Source: Armatimonadota bacterium
Lineage (GTDB): Bacteria > Armatimonadota > UBA10988
Assembly (NCBI GenBank): GCA_016235455.1
Contig: JACRKZ010000062.1
Location: 1-32,331, forward strand
Direction of reading: 5' to 3'
Length of the DNA: 32,331 nucleotides
Positions 7,589-16,658 of the stretch are shown here, one piece after another. Made by a program: the position numbers and the translations under genes. How positions within the stretch are numbered: position 1 is the first letter of the stretch; every line of letters starts with the position of its first letter. The notes beneath the pieces were generated by a model. That model was not told where the DNA came from. It saw only the letters and a list, made by a program, of their open reading frames with translations, and ran no database searches.

Positions 7589-8509
7589 CTACTTGCCCGG
7601 CATCATGCGGGTCGCCGGCTTGTCGGCCGTCAGTTCGTCCGCCCGCGGCGCCGGCAGCGTGACCGCGCCAGTCGCGGCCCATTCGGTGCCGCGCTGGAGG
7701 GTCACCTGGAAGCCGAGGCCCGACCAGGCCTTCTGGTCATGGCCCATGACGGTGTGGAAGATCCGTCCCTTGCCGAAGTTGATGACCATCAGGATGGGCT
7801 CGTTCTTGCCCGTGCCGCGCTGGTCGGGCTCGTTGTACGAGGTGGCCAGCACGGTCAGGTTCTCGGCCGGTCCGCGCAGTTTGCAGTAGAGCTCGTCGGC
7901 CATGTGGCGCCAGGTGGTGGGCAGGCCCTCCAGGATCGGATGTTGGGGCTCGCGTGTTTCCACCAGGAAGGGGTACTGGTTGCCGTGCGTGCCGCCGGCG
8001 CCGGGCGTCTCGTCGCGCACGACTTTGCCGTCCTGCCAGTAGAGCATCGGGCCCGACTTCTCATTGCGGCCGCCCCAGCCGCCCACGCCGATCATCTGGT
8101 TGTACTCGGGCCATTCGGGGAAGCTGTTGTCGGCCGCGTGCATGACCACCAGGCCGCCGCCGTTCTTGATGTAGTCGACGAACGCGGCCTTGACCTCGTC
8201 CGGCCAGCGCTCCCCGTTGTAGTTGCTGACCACCACGTCGTAGTCAGTGAACTTGGGCCGCCAGCCCTTCCAGCGCTCGTCGTAGGCCGGGTCGCCGGCG
8301 TTCGGCGCGGGCGGCGTGTCGGTCAGGGTCACCCGGAACCGGCCGCAGCTCTCCAATGCCCAGGTGATCCACGGCTCGGCCGACTTCCAGTCGTGGTTGT
8401 TCTGGCCCGAGATAAACAGCACGCGCAGCGGCTCCGCGGCGCGGCTCGCGCTACTTACCAGCAGGGCCGCGGCGAGCAGCGCCAGCCCGCCGAACATCCG
8501 TCGTGACAT
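7589..8509 (-). CDS. Secreted ThuA-like (class I glutamine amidotransferase fold) protein
   Basis: Signal peptide MSRRMFGGLALLAAALLVSSASRA; LFISGQNNHDW, GGGLVVMHAA, HPILEGLP..W..DELY, GKGRIFHTVMGHD. Start moved to ATG 8509 (GGAG RBS). Confidence 0.88.
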   Translation of the reverse strand: MSRRMFGGLALLAAALLVSSASRAAEPLRVLFISGQNNHDWKSAEPWITWALESCGRFRVTLTDTPPAPNAGDPAYDERWKGWRPKFTDYDVVVSNYNGERWPDEVKAAFVDYIKNGGGLVVMHAADNSFPEWPEYNQMIGVGGWGGRNEKSGPMLYWQDGKVVRDETPGAGGTHGNQYPFLVETREPQHPILEGLPTTWRHMADELYCKLRGPAENLTVLATSYNEPDQRGTGKNEPILMVINFGKGRIFHTVMGHDQKAWSGLGFQVTLQRGTEWAATGAVTLPAPRADELTADKPATRMMPGK

Positions 8510-8531
8510 CGCATCTCTCCCGTCGCGGCCG

Positions 8532-8560
8532 AGTCTGGCTGAGCAGGAGAGCAGTGTCAA
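8532..8560 (-). promoter_or_regulatory. sigma70-type promoter for the ThuA/ceramidase-like pair
   Basis: TTGACA (8560-8555), 17 nt, CAGACT (8537-8532). Confidence 0.65.
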
Positions 8561-8590
8561 GAGCGCGGCGCGGGGCGTCCGGCGTGAGGG

Positions 8591-9721
8591 TCAGCGGCCT
8601 CCGTGGCTGACGAGCTGTCGCAGCCGCACGGCGCCGCTCACGTCGCGCCCGGCCTCGACGTCCTCCTCGCGGAAGGCGGCGGTAAGGATGTGCTGGTCGG
8701 CCGTGCGGTGGTAGTCGTAGATGATGCGAATAAGCCCGTCGGCCGCCTGCTGACCATCGGGGTAGGAGACACCCTCGCGCTCGTCGAGCAGCAACCCGCC
8801 CAGCCAGGTGCGGCCGTCGTCGCGCGACAGATAGGCGGTCAGATGCGACCGGCCGGTGCGCTGCGCCACGGGCCCATGCTTGACCAGCAGCAGGTGGCCC
8901 GAGGCCAGCCGCGAGATGAAGAAGCGCGACGAGGTGTGCGCCAGCGACGACGGCGTCAGCTCCGGCCAGGTCCGGCCACCGTCGCGACTGATGCTCTCGC
9001 CGATGCCGTAGAGCGTGCGCACCAGCAGCCAGAGCGTGCCGTCGCGGCGTTCGATGAACATATGCTCATCAAACTCGCGGACGGCGACGGGCACGTTGCA
9101 GCCGCCGCGCGGCGCGAAGGTGCGGCCGGCGTCGGTGGAAACGACCAGTTGGGCGCTGTGATCGTGATGCCGCCAGGTGGAGACCGGCCAGGCCCAGGTG
9201 CCGTCGGCCAGCACCAGCGGCTTGCACATCATGACCCCATCCGCTACGCGGCGTGGCGCGGACCAGGTCGGCTCGGCGGCGTCGGGCTGGTCGGTGCTGA
9301 CGGTCCACAAGCCGTAGCGGGTGTCGGCGTGGCTGGTGTCCATGTGCGACCACGAGCAGAACAGCCGGCCGTCGGGCGCCAGCCACAGTTCGGGGTCGTA
9401 GGCGCGGATCGGGCCGGGCCCATCGGGGTCGATGGCCAGCACCTCGCGCCAACTGGCGCCGCCGTCGCCGCTGGTGCTGACCACGACGTAGTTGTTGCGG
9501 TCCTCGGCGGGCGTGGCCCCGGCGTACCAGGTAGCCCACAATCGGCCGCCCGGCGCGATGGCCAGGCTTGGGATGCCGGTGAAGGCGCGGTCGGTGACCA
9601 GCAGCCCCGGCTTGGGCGGGCCGACGTACTGGGGCGGCGGGAACAATGGGTGCTCGTCGCCTTCGGCCCCGGCCAGCGTGGCCAACGGCAGGATGGTGAG
9701 CAGTGCCAGCGTGGGCATCAT
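8591..9721 (-). CDS. Secreted BNR/Asp-box beta-propeller protein (sialidase-like)
   Basis: Signal peptide; four Asp-boxes SGDGGASW, STDAGRTF, SRDGGRTW, SRDDGRTW; VSYPD; GIPS in place of the canonical RIP. Confidence 0.85.
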   Translation of the reverse strand: MMPTLALLTILPLATLAGAEGDEHPLFPPPQYVGPPKPGLLVTDRAFTGIPSLAIAPGGRLWATWYAGATPAEDRNNYVVVSTSGDGGASWREVLAIDPDGPGPIRAYDPELWLAPDGRLFCSWSHMDTSHADTRYGLWTVSTDQPDAAEPTWSAPRRVADGVMMCKPLVLADGTWAWPVSTWRHHDHSAQLVVSTDAGRTFAPRGGCNVPVAVREFDEHMFIERRDGTLWLLVRTLYGIGESISRDGGRTWPELTPSSLAHTSSRFFISRLASGHLLLVKHGPVAQRTGRSHLTAYLSRDDGRTWLGGLLLDEREGVSYPDGQQAADGLIRIIYDYHRTADQHILTAAFREEDVEAGRDVSGAVRLRQLVSHGGR

Positions 9722-9732
9722 CGGGACCTCTT

Positions 9733-11829
9733 TCAGGGCAGCAGGCGCACGAGCAGCGGCCAGTCGCGGGCCAGCACGCCGCGGATCACCAGCGCCGCGC
9801 CATCGCGCTCGACGCGCAGTTCCTGGCGGCAGCCGTTGAGCGGGTCATAGGCCACGGCGCGCGAGCCGGGCGTCGTCAGCCGGAGGTCGACCGGCATGCC
9901 GTCGCAGTGGTCCGCCGAGCGACCGCCCAGCCAGAGCAGCAACGCGTCGCCCTCGGCGCCGTGAAGGGCGAATGTCTCCAGCCGAGGGGGTGTGGGGCTT
10001 ACCGAGAAGGCCAGGTTGCCCGGCTCCAGGCCGTCGAGCTGGGTGGACAGGTTGCGCGACACGTAGTAGGCGGCCTGCGGCTGCAGCGGCGAGATGGGGT
10101 CGGCATCGAACGAGCGCCGCAGCAGGCTCAGATCGAGCATGGCGAAGTACGGGAAGTACATTTCGCAGAAGAACGACTCCAGGCCCAGCCCGGTGTGTCG
10201 CGCGTGGACCTGCGCCACGTACTTGGCCTTCTGCAGCTCGGTGGCCGGGAACCCGCCACACCAGGCGCGGCTGGCCTCGGCTTCGGACAACGGCGGATAG
10301 ACCGCGCTGTAGTTCCACTCGGTGACCATGCAGTGGCCGCGGAAGCCGATGCTCTCCAGCCAGCGCAGCGTGGCGCGCGCGTCGGCGGTGTAGTTGCCCA
10401 GGCCCTCGGGATCGGTCTGGTAGAACGGATGCCAGCCGATCTCATCGACCTCCTTGGCCAGCTCGCGCGTGGCCGCGAGGTAGAGGTTGCCCGACACCTG
10501 CTCGGCGAGCTGCGCGGGCGTCCACGAGCTGATGCCATGGGGGAATCCGGCCCAGGAGCCCATCATCACCTTGGCCTCGGGCGCCAGCCGGCGGATGGCG
10601 GGAATGGCGGCGCGCGCCACGGCCAGGTAGTGGCCCAGGTTCGGCTCGCCGCCCCAGTAGCAGCCGATGTTCCACTCGTTCCACACCTCGAAGTGCTTCA
10701 CCCGGCCGCGGAAGTGCTCGACCATGTACTCCACATAGCGGGTCCAGGCCGCCAGTGCCTCGGGCGTGGTCGGTGGCGCCGGCAGGTCGTAGTTCCACTC
10801 CCAGAGCTGCGGCACGGCACGCTCGGCGGGCCCCGAGTAGAGCCGGTTGCCAAAGCCCAGCGCCATGACCACCTCGACGCCGTTGGCGGCCAACTCGGTG
10901 ATGGCGGCGTCGGTATCGGGATCGACCTTCAGCACGCCCTTCTGTTTCTCCACCCAATGCCAGTTGATGGGGTCGTCGTGGTAGCCGACGCGGGCCCACT
11001 TCATACCCGAATCCCAGTGGAGCGGCCAGTACCAGCGGTGCTCGGCCAGCGTCATGCCGGGGTTGTGGTGCGTGGAGTTGACCGATACGCCGGTGCCGCG
11101 TGTGGCCAGCGCCACGTTGTGGCCAGCCGTGTCCCACACTTCCACCTCGGCCAGTGAGAAGGCGTAGAGGATGTTCTCCACCAGCGGCAGGTTGCCGCCG
11201 ATGATCTGGATCTGCTTGACCGGTCGGGCGGCAAAGCCGAACTCGTGTTCGAGCTTGTCCGGCGCGTCCTTGGTGGGCCCGTCGAACACCGTTTCCCACT
11301 GGGCGCTGTCGCGGCTGACGCGGATCGTCAGGTGGCCGGGCATGCCGCGGCCGACCTCGACCGCGTCGCGGATCGGCCCCCAGGCCAACGGGTTGCGCAC
11401 CACGCCCGAGGCCGGCCGCTTGCGCAGCACGATGCGCTCGATTGGGCGCTCGACGGCCAGGTCCAGGCGAATCCACACCGGCTGCGCGTCGGGCCGCGAC
11501 TGCCCATGGCTGAGCCAGCAGGTCTTCGGGTCGCCGTCAATCAGATGGATGGCCTCGACCGGCTGATAGTCGTTCTCGGGCGACCGCGGCATGCGCGTGG
11601 TGGTGGCGCCCAGGTAATTGCGGCGCAACTCGCCGCTGGCCTTGGGGTGCACCTTGACGCGAGGTGCGTCGTTGCCGGCCTGCATCGACGCATCGTCGAC
11701 CAGGTCGGGCGCCTCGCCGAGCACCCAACAGCTGCCGAAACGGCGGATCGGCACGCCCTGGCACACGGTCTGGGGCTGTGGCGCTTCGCTGGCCACCAGC
11801 GCAGCCATGGTGACGATGAAGGGGTACAT
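9733..11829 (-). CDS. Glycoside hydrolase, clan GH-A (GH39/GH5-like), with N-terminal discoidin/F5-8-like domain
   Basis: LIDGDPKTCW...WIRLDL...SLAEVEV (discoidin-like); HFEVWNEWN (acid/base); IGWHPFY; MVTEWNY (nucleophile). Start ATG 11829 behind GAGG. Confidence 0.78.
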   Translation of the reverse strand: MYPFIVTMAALVASEAPQPQTVCQGVPIRRFGSCWVLGEAPDLVDDASMQAGNDAPRVKVHPKASGELRRNYLGATTTRMPRSPENDYQPVEAIHLIDGDPKTCWLSHGQSRPDAQPVWIRLDLAVERPIERIVLRKRPASGVVRNPLAWGPIRDAVEVGRGMPGHLTIRVSRDSAQWETVFDGPTKDAPDKLEHEFGFAARPVKQIQIIGGNLPLVENILYAFSLAEVEVWDTAGHNVALATRGTGVSVNSTHHNPGMTLAEHRWYWPLHWDSGMKWARVGYHDDPINWHWVEKQKGVLKVDPDTDAAITELAANGVEVVMALGFGNRLYSGPAERAVPQLWEWNYDLPAPPTTPEALAAWTRYVEYMVEHFRGRVKHFEVWNEWNIGCYWGGEPNLGHYLAVARAAIPAIRRLAPEAKVMMGSWAGFPHGISSWTPAQLAEQVSGNLYLAATRELAKEVDEIGWHPFYQTDPEGLGNYTADARATLRWLESIGFRGHCMVTEWNYSAVYPPLSEAEASRAWCGGFPATELQKAKYVAQVHARHTGLGLESFFCEMYFPYFAMLDLSLLRRSFDADPISPLQPQAAYYVSRNLSTQLDGLEPGNLAFSVSPTPPRLETFALHGAEGDALLLWLGGRSADHCDGMPVDLRLTTPGSRAVAYDPLNGCRQELRVERDGAALVIRGVLARDWPLLVRLLP

Positions 11830-11929
11830 CCTGACACCTCGGGAGTGGTGTTCGCCTCGGCCCGCGAGTTCCTTCGCGGCGGTGTCAAGCGCGGCCGACC
11901 GGCAGCACACTACGAGTTGGGAGTCGTCC

Positions 11930-12934
11930 ATGTTGTTCACCGCTGAGACCCACGGCCTGATCATCGTCGGCGCCGGCCCGGCCGGATTGGCCTGTGCCTA
12001 CCATGCCCGAGCCGCCGGGCTCGACGCCGTGGTCCTCGAACGCGGCTGCGTGGCCGACAACATCCGCCGCTACCCGGCCAGCCTGACGTTCTACTCGACG
12101 CCGACGCGGCTCGAGTTGGGCGATATCCCGCTGCTCTGCACCGGTGAGAAGCCCACGCGGTCCGAGGTGGTGCGCTACTACACGCGCTTCGCCGATGCGC
12201 GCGGGCTTGATGTGCGCACCTACCATAACGTCACCGGCATCGCCCGCGACGGCGGCGACTTCGTGTTGGCCACCGAGAGCCCGGTCGGTCTGCGCCGCGA
12301 GTTCCGAGCGCCGAAGCTGGTGCTGGCCTTTGGCGCCTACGATGAGCCGAACCGGCTGGGCGTGCCGGGCGAGGACCTGCCGCACGTCAGCCACTTCTAC
12401 GACGAGCCCGAGCGCTATCACCGATGCGATGTGCTGGTGGTCGGCGGCAAGGGCTCGGCCAGCGAAGCGGCGCTGCAGATCGAGCGCTTCGGCGGCCGCG
12501 TGACCATCAGCTACCGCCGACCCGAGTTCGCCGGCCTCAAGTACTGGATCGCCCCCGACCTGGCCAACCGCATCGCCGAGGGCAGCATCCGCGCCGTCAT
12601 GCCTTCCCGGGTCGAGTCCATCGGGCTTCAGACCGCACTTCTGCGCCGTAGCGACACCCGCGAGACGGTTGAGGTGAAGGCCGACTTCGTGCTGGCGCTC
12701 ACCGGCTATGCGCCGCGACTCGACCTGTTCGACGCCGTCGGCCTGGACTACGACGCCGAGAGCCTGCGGCCGCGTCTCGTGCCCGAGACTCTTGAGAGCA
12801 GTGTGCCGGGCTGCTATGTGGCCGGCTGCATCTGCGCGGGCAACATCGGCAACGAGATCTTCATCGAGAACGGTCGGCTGCACGGCGCGGCCATCGTGGC
12901 GCATATCGCCGGGCTCGCGACGGCAGGTCGCTAG
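11930..12934 (+). CDS. ypdA: YpdA-family FAD/NADPH oxidoreductase (putative bacillithiol disulfide reductase)
   Basis: IIVGAGPAG, YP..LTFYST...LELGDIP, KPTRSEVVRYY, VPGEDLPHVSHFYDEP, VVGGKGSA, KYWIAPD..NRI.EG, IFIENGRLHG. Start ATG 11930 (GGGAG RBS). Confidence 0.85.
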   Translation: MLFTAETHGLIIVGAGPAGLACAYHARAAGLDAVVLERGCVADNIRRYPASLTFYSTPTRLELGDIPLLCTGEKPTRSEVVRYYTRFADARGLDVRTYHNVTGIARDGGDFVLATESPVGLRREFRAPKLVLAFGAYDEPNRLGVPGEDLPHVSHFYDEPERYHRCDVLVVGGKGSASEAALQIERFGGRVTISYRRPEFAGLKYWIAPDLANRIAEGSIRAVMPSRVESIGLQTALLRRSDTRETVEVKADFVLALTGYAPRLDLFDAVGLDYDAESLRPRLVPETLESSVPGCYVAGCICAGNIGNEIFIENGRLHGAAIVAHIAGLATAGR

Positions 12935-12972
12935 CCGCGCCTGGCGAACACGTCTCGGCGGAGACGGATGCC

Positions 12973-15720
12973 ATGGTACTCGGCTGGCTTGTAGGGTTGT
13001 TGGTGGCGGCGCCGCCGGTGGTGCTGTCGGACTGCGAAACGACCGCCGGCTGGCCCGCCGACGCCAAGCTCATCGGCGACGCCAAGGTGGGCGCGCACGC
13101 GGTGCGGCTTGGGGTGCCGCCGGGTGTGGCCTCGGGGCCGTCCTTCTCCTTCAAGGGCAGTGGCATCGAGCCGGCCAGGTCGCAGGCGCTGACCTTCTGG
13201 TACCGCCTGTCGGGCACCGGTGAGACCGGCCTCATGATCAAGGTCGTGGCGCCGGTCACCGAGGGCTGGCAGGGCACTTGGGATGTGGTCCCGCGCCGCG
13301 CCGCCGATGGGCAGTGGCACAAGGTCCGCATCGACCTGGGCAGCGGGTTCATGCGCTGGGGCGATCGGCCCGATCTCGAAGGCCGTTGGATTGGCTTCCG
13401 CACCGAGGCTGAGGCCGGCGCCAAGCTGACGCTCGATGTCGACCAGCTGCAGCTCGAGCCCATCGCCTTCCATGCCCGGCTGCTGTCGGCCAGGTTGGTG
13501 GGCGAAACGCTTGAGGCCCGGCTGGCGCTGGACAACCCCACGGCCGCGGCCATCACGTTGTCCCTGCCCGGCGGGCCGCTGACGCTCGCCGCCGGCGCGC
13601 AGGCCGAGGCCACGGCCAAGTTGCCGGTGACGGCCGCCGAACTGGCCGCATCCAAGCCGTTGACCCCGCTGGCCAAGGCGCTGCGCGTGCAAGTGGCGGG
13701 CCAGCCGGAGACCGCCGTGGAGATCGAAGCGCCCTACGCCGTGCCGCTGCGCCTGCCTGAGCATCCGCGCCTGCTCATCTCGGCCGACGAGGTGCCGCAG
13801 ATCAAGGCGCGTGCCGCCGCCAATCCCGCCTTGCAGGCCCGGCTGGACTCGTTCCTCAAGGATGCCGACAACCGCCTGGTCGCGCCGATCAACCTGCCGC
13901 CGCGCGGCGGGCAGTGGTACCACTGGTATGCCTGCAAAAAGGACGGCGGCAACCTGCGTCAGCTCTCGCCGACGCAGCATGAGTGCCCGGTCTGCAAGAC
14001 CGTCTACACCGGCTGGCCCTACGACGATGTGGTGCTCTCCAACATCCACGGCGACCTGTCCAACCGCATCAAGATTCTCGGCCTGGCCTACGGCCTGACC
14101 GGCGACGCCAAGTATGCCGACCGCTGCCGCGAGGCGCTGCTGGCCTATGCCGGCAAGTACGAGAGCTATCCGCTGCACGACATCAACGGCAAGCCGAACG
14201 TCGGCGGCGGCCGGGTCGGGCCGCAGACGCTCGACGAGTCGACCTGGCTGATCCCCGTCTGCCAGGGCGCCGACCTGGTCTGGAACCGGCTCAGCGAGGC
14301 TGACCGCGAGACGCTGGCCAGCAAGCTGTTCCGACCGGCGGCCGAGGTCATTCGCCAGCACAAGATGGGCATCCACAACATCCAGTGCTGGAAGAACTCC
14401 GCCGTGGGTCTCGTCGGGCTGCTACTGGGCGATGCCGAGTTGACCGCCGACGCGGTGCGCGGGACGAGCGGCTTCGAGAACCAGATGGCCAAGGGCGTCA
14501 ACCTGGACGGCCAGTGGTACGAGGGCGCCTGGGGCTATCACTTCTACACCATGAGCGCCGTGGCGCCGCTGGTCGAGGCCGGCGAGCGCTGCGGGCTCGG
14601 GCTCTATGCCTTCGCGCGTGACGGCCGCTCCTACCGGCTGCTGTTCGACGGCCCGCTCAACCTGGCCATGCCCAACCGGGTGTTGCCCAACTTCAGCGAC
14701 TCCGGCTTCGTCAATGTCGTCGGCCAGTCGGCGCTCTACGAACTGGCCCTGCGCCGCTATGGCGATCCGCGCTACGCCGGGCTCATCGCACAGACCAAGG
14801 GCGACAGCCTCGAGGCGCTGCTGGTGGGCACTCGGCCGCTGCCCGCCGCGCAGGCCGCCGATGACGGCTCGCGCAACTACACCCAAGCCGGTTACGCGAT
14901 CCTCCAGTCGGGCGGCGGCGTCGACGCCACCTGGGCCTGCCTCAAGTACGGCCCGCACGGCGGTGGCCATGGCCATCCCGACAAGATGAACGTCATCCTC
15001 TATGCCCGGCAGAAGGTGCTCGGCGTGGACCCCGGCACGGGCAAGTACGGCGTGCCCTTGCACAGCGGCTGGCAACAGGCCAGTCTGGCGCACAACTCGT
15101 TGACCGTCGATGAGGTCAACCAGACCCCGACCACGGGCAGTTGCCTCGCGTTCGTCAAGGAGGCCGGCTGGTCGGGCGTGCTGGCCGATGCCGGGCCGGT
15201 CTACACCAACCTCACCTACCGCCGCGCCGCCGCGCTGGTCGGGCCGAACCTGCTCTTGATGCTCGATATGGTCAAGGCCGACAAGAACCGCACCTTCGAC
15301 CTGGCCTGGCACAACGGCGGGACTTGGGCCGCCGCGCCGGCCGGCGAAGCGCTGACCATGCCCGATAAGCCCGGCTACCGCTACCTCGAAGGCATGGTGA
15401 AGCTGGCCGGCGCGGCGCCCCCAGTGGTGCTCGATCCGCTCCGGGTGGGCCTGGCCGTGGCCTCGGCGCAGCCTGGCGAGACCTGGGCCGGCACCGGCCC
15501 CGGCGACACGCAGGCGGTGCGCGTGCCGTGCCTGGTGCGGCGGGTCAAGGGCGCCGAGGCGCAAGTGGCCTGGGCCATCGCGCTCGACGGCCAGACCCCA
15601 ACGGTCGCCGTGGCGCCGATGGCTGGCGGCTGGCAAGTGTCGGCCACCGTGGGCGGCAAGACCGTGCGCCTGGACGTGACGCCGGAGGCGGCGGTCAAGC
15701 TGCGGGTGGCAACTCAGTAG
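12973..15720 (+). CDS. Secreted alginate lyase / heparinase II-III family polysaccharide lyase (PL17-like), 915 aa
   Basis: EHPRLL, QTLDESTW, IHNIQCWKNSAVG, DGQWYEGAWGYHFY, LPNFSDS, KYGPHGGGHGHPDK, VDPG..YG, AHNSLTVDE; N-terminal beta-sandwich-like region. Confidence 0.85.
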   Translation: MVLGWLVGLLVAAPPVVLSDCETTAGWPADAKLIGDAKVGAHAVRLGVPPGVASGPSFSFKGSGIEPARSQALTFWYRLSGTGETGLMIKVVAPVTEGWQGTWDVVPRRAADGQWHKVRIDLGSGFMRWGDRPDLEGRWIGFRTEAEAGAKLTLDVDQLQLEPIAFHARLLSARLVGETLEARLALDNPTAAAITLSLPGGPLTLAAGAQAEATAKLPVTAAELAASKPLTPLAKALRVQVAGQPETAVEIEAPYAVPLRLPEHPRLLISADEVPQIKARAAANPALQARLDSFLKDADNRLVAPINLPPRGGQWYHWYACKKDGGNLRQLSPTQHECPVCKTVYTGWPYDDVVLSNIHGDLSNRIKILGLAYGLTGDAKYADRCREALLAYAGKYESYPLHDINGKPNVGGGRVGPQTLDESTWLIPVCQGADLVWNRLSEADRETLASKLFRPAAEVIRQHKMGIHNIQCWKNSAVGLVGLLLGDAELTADAVRGTSGFENQMAKGVNLDGQWYEGAWGYHFYTMSAVAPLVEAGERCGLGLYAFARDGRSYRLLFDGPLNLAMPNRVLPNFSDSGFVNVVGQSALYELALRRYGDPRYAGLIAQTKGDSLEALLVGTRPLPAAQAADDGSRNYTQAGYAILQSGGGVDATWACLKYGPHGGGHGHPDKMNVILYARQKVLGVDPGTGKYGVPLHSGWQQASLAHNSLTVDEVNQTPTTGSCLAFVKEAGWSGVLADAGPVYTNLTYRRAAALVGPNLLLMLDMVKADKNRTFDLAWHNGGTWAAAPAGEALTMPDKPGYRYLEGMVKLAGAAPPVVLDPLRVGLAVASAQPGETWAGTGPGDTQAVRVPCLVRRVKGAEAQVAWAIALDGQTPTVAVAPMAGGWQVSATVGGKTVRLDVTPEAAVKLRVATQ

Positions 15721-16115
15721 TCGAGCCCGAATCCCACGCCGCGCGTGTGTTCGGCGCGCAGGCAGCCCTGGGGCGCGGGTAGCCGCGGCACGGGCCGCTC
15801 GGCCTCGAGCACCTCGCGGTAGCCGCAGCGGCAGCCCAGGCGGATCACCTCGCGGCCCGGCACGATGAGGCTCGGGGGCAGCAGTTCGGCCCGCTCGAAG
15901 GCCAGCGCCGGTTGCTCGCACTGCGGGCAGGCCTCTGCGCGCGGCCGGCCGGCGGGCAGCAGGTAGAGCGTCGTGCAGGCCTCGCAGCGCCGGCCCTCGA
16001 GCTCGTGGCCCAGCAGGCGCCACTCCGCGGTGGCGAACGGCAGGCGGTAGAACGCGGTCTGCGCGGCCGTCAGCCGGCGCAGCGGCTCGTCGCAGTCAGG
16101 GCAGTGGTCAAGCAC
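15714..16115 (-). CDS. Cys-rich zinc-ribbon protein, 133 aa
   Basis: GGAGG RBS and GTG 16115 overlapping the end of the upstream gene; CPDC, CEAC, CPQC, CRCG. Confidence 0.7.
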   Translation of the reverse strand: MLDHCPDCDEPLRRLTAAQTAFYRLPFATAEWRLLGHELEGRRCEACTTLYLLPAGRPRAEACPQCEQPALAFERAELLPPSLIVPGREVIRLGCRCGYREVLEAERPVPRLPAPQGCLRAEHTRGVGFGLDY

Positions 16116-16491
16116 GGAACGCCTCCGCCAGCAGTCGCTCGGCCAGGGCCACGGCCGGCTCGACCGCGCCGTCAGCCAACAGCGGCGCCACGCGCTCGCG
16201 CAGCTCGGCGTGCAGGTCGGGCAGCGCCACGCGGTCTTCCCAGTCGAGCCCGACGACCAGCTCCAGCCGACGCTCGGCCAGGGCGATGAGCAGCAGCGCA
16301 CCCGCCGCCACGCCACCGGCCTCGAACAGCTCCCAGGCGCGCTCGGCCGGCCGGGCCGGTTGCGCGCTGTCGAGCAGCACCACCGCCCGCGGGGGCAACG
16401 AGTGCGGCAGCGGTCGGCGCAGCGACCAGTCACAGCCGGGGCAGCTTGGCCGGGGCTCGGGCAGCAGGGCTCGGCAACGCGGACAAATCAC
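16108..16491 (-). CDS. Zinc-ribbon + TPM-like domain protein, 127 aa
   Basis: GTG 16491 (GGAG upstream); CPRC...CPGC then AWELFEAGGV..GALLLIALAERRLELVVGLDWEDRV, resembling the TPM core. Confidence 0.65.
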   Translation of the reverse strand: MICPRCRALLPEPRPSCPGCDWSLRRPLPHSLPPRAVVLLDSAQPARPAERAWELFEAGGVAAGALLLIALAERRLELVVGLDWEDRVALPDLHAELRERVAPLLADGAVEPAVALAERLLAEAFRA

Positions 16492-16567
16492 GCTCGCAGT
16501 GCTCCATATCAGGCCTGCTAGGCTTGGCCAAAGGGCGCGCAGCACCTTCCACGGGCGGCCCGCGAGG

Positions 16568-16596
16568 TTGACAGCCCGCCGTCGCTCCTGCATACT
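16568..16596 (+). promoter_or_regulatory. sigma70-type promoter for the ctpA operon
   Basis: TTGACA (16568-16573), 17 nt, CATACT (16591-16596). Confidence 0.75.
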
Positions 16597-16658
16597 GACT
16601 GGCAGTAGGGCAGTCCCCTCACCTCCGTCCCACCCAGTCGACGCAGGTGGAGATCTCC

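Noticed and set aside
11883-11888. TTGACA on the minus strand in the GH/ypdA divergent gap
   Set aside because: No acceptable -10 box 16-18 nt downstream.
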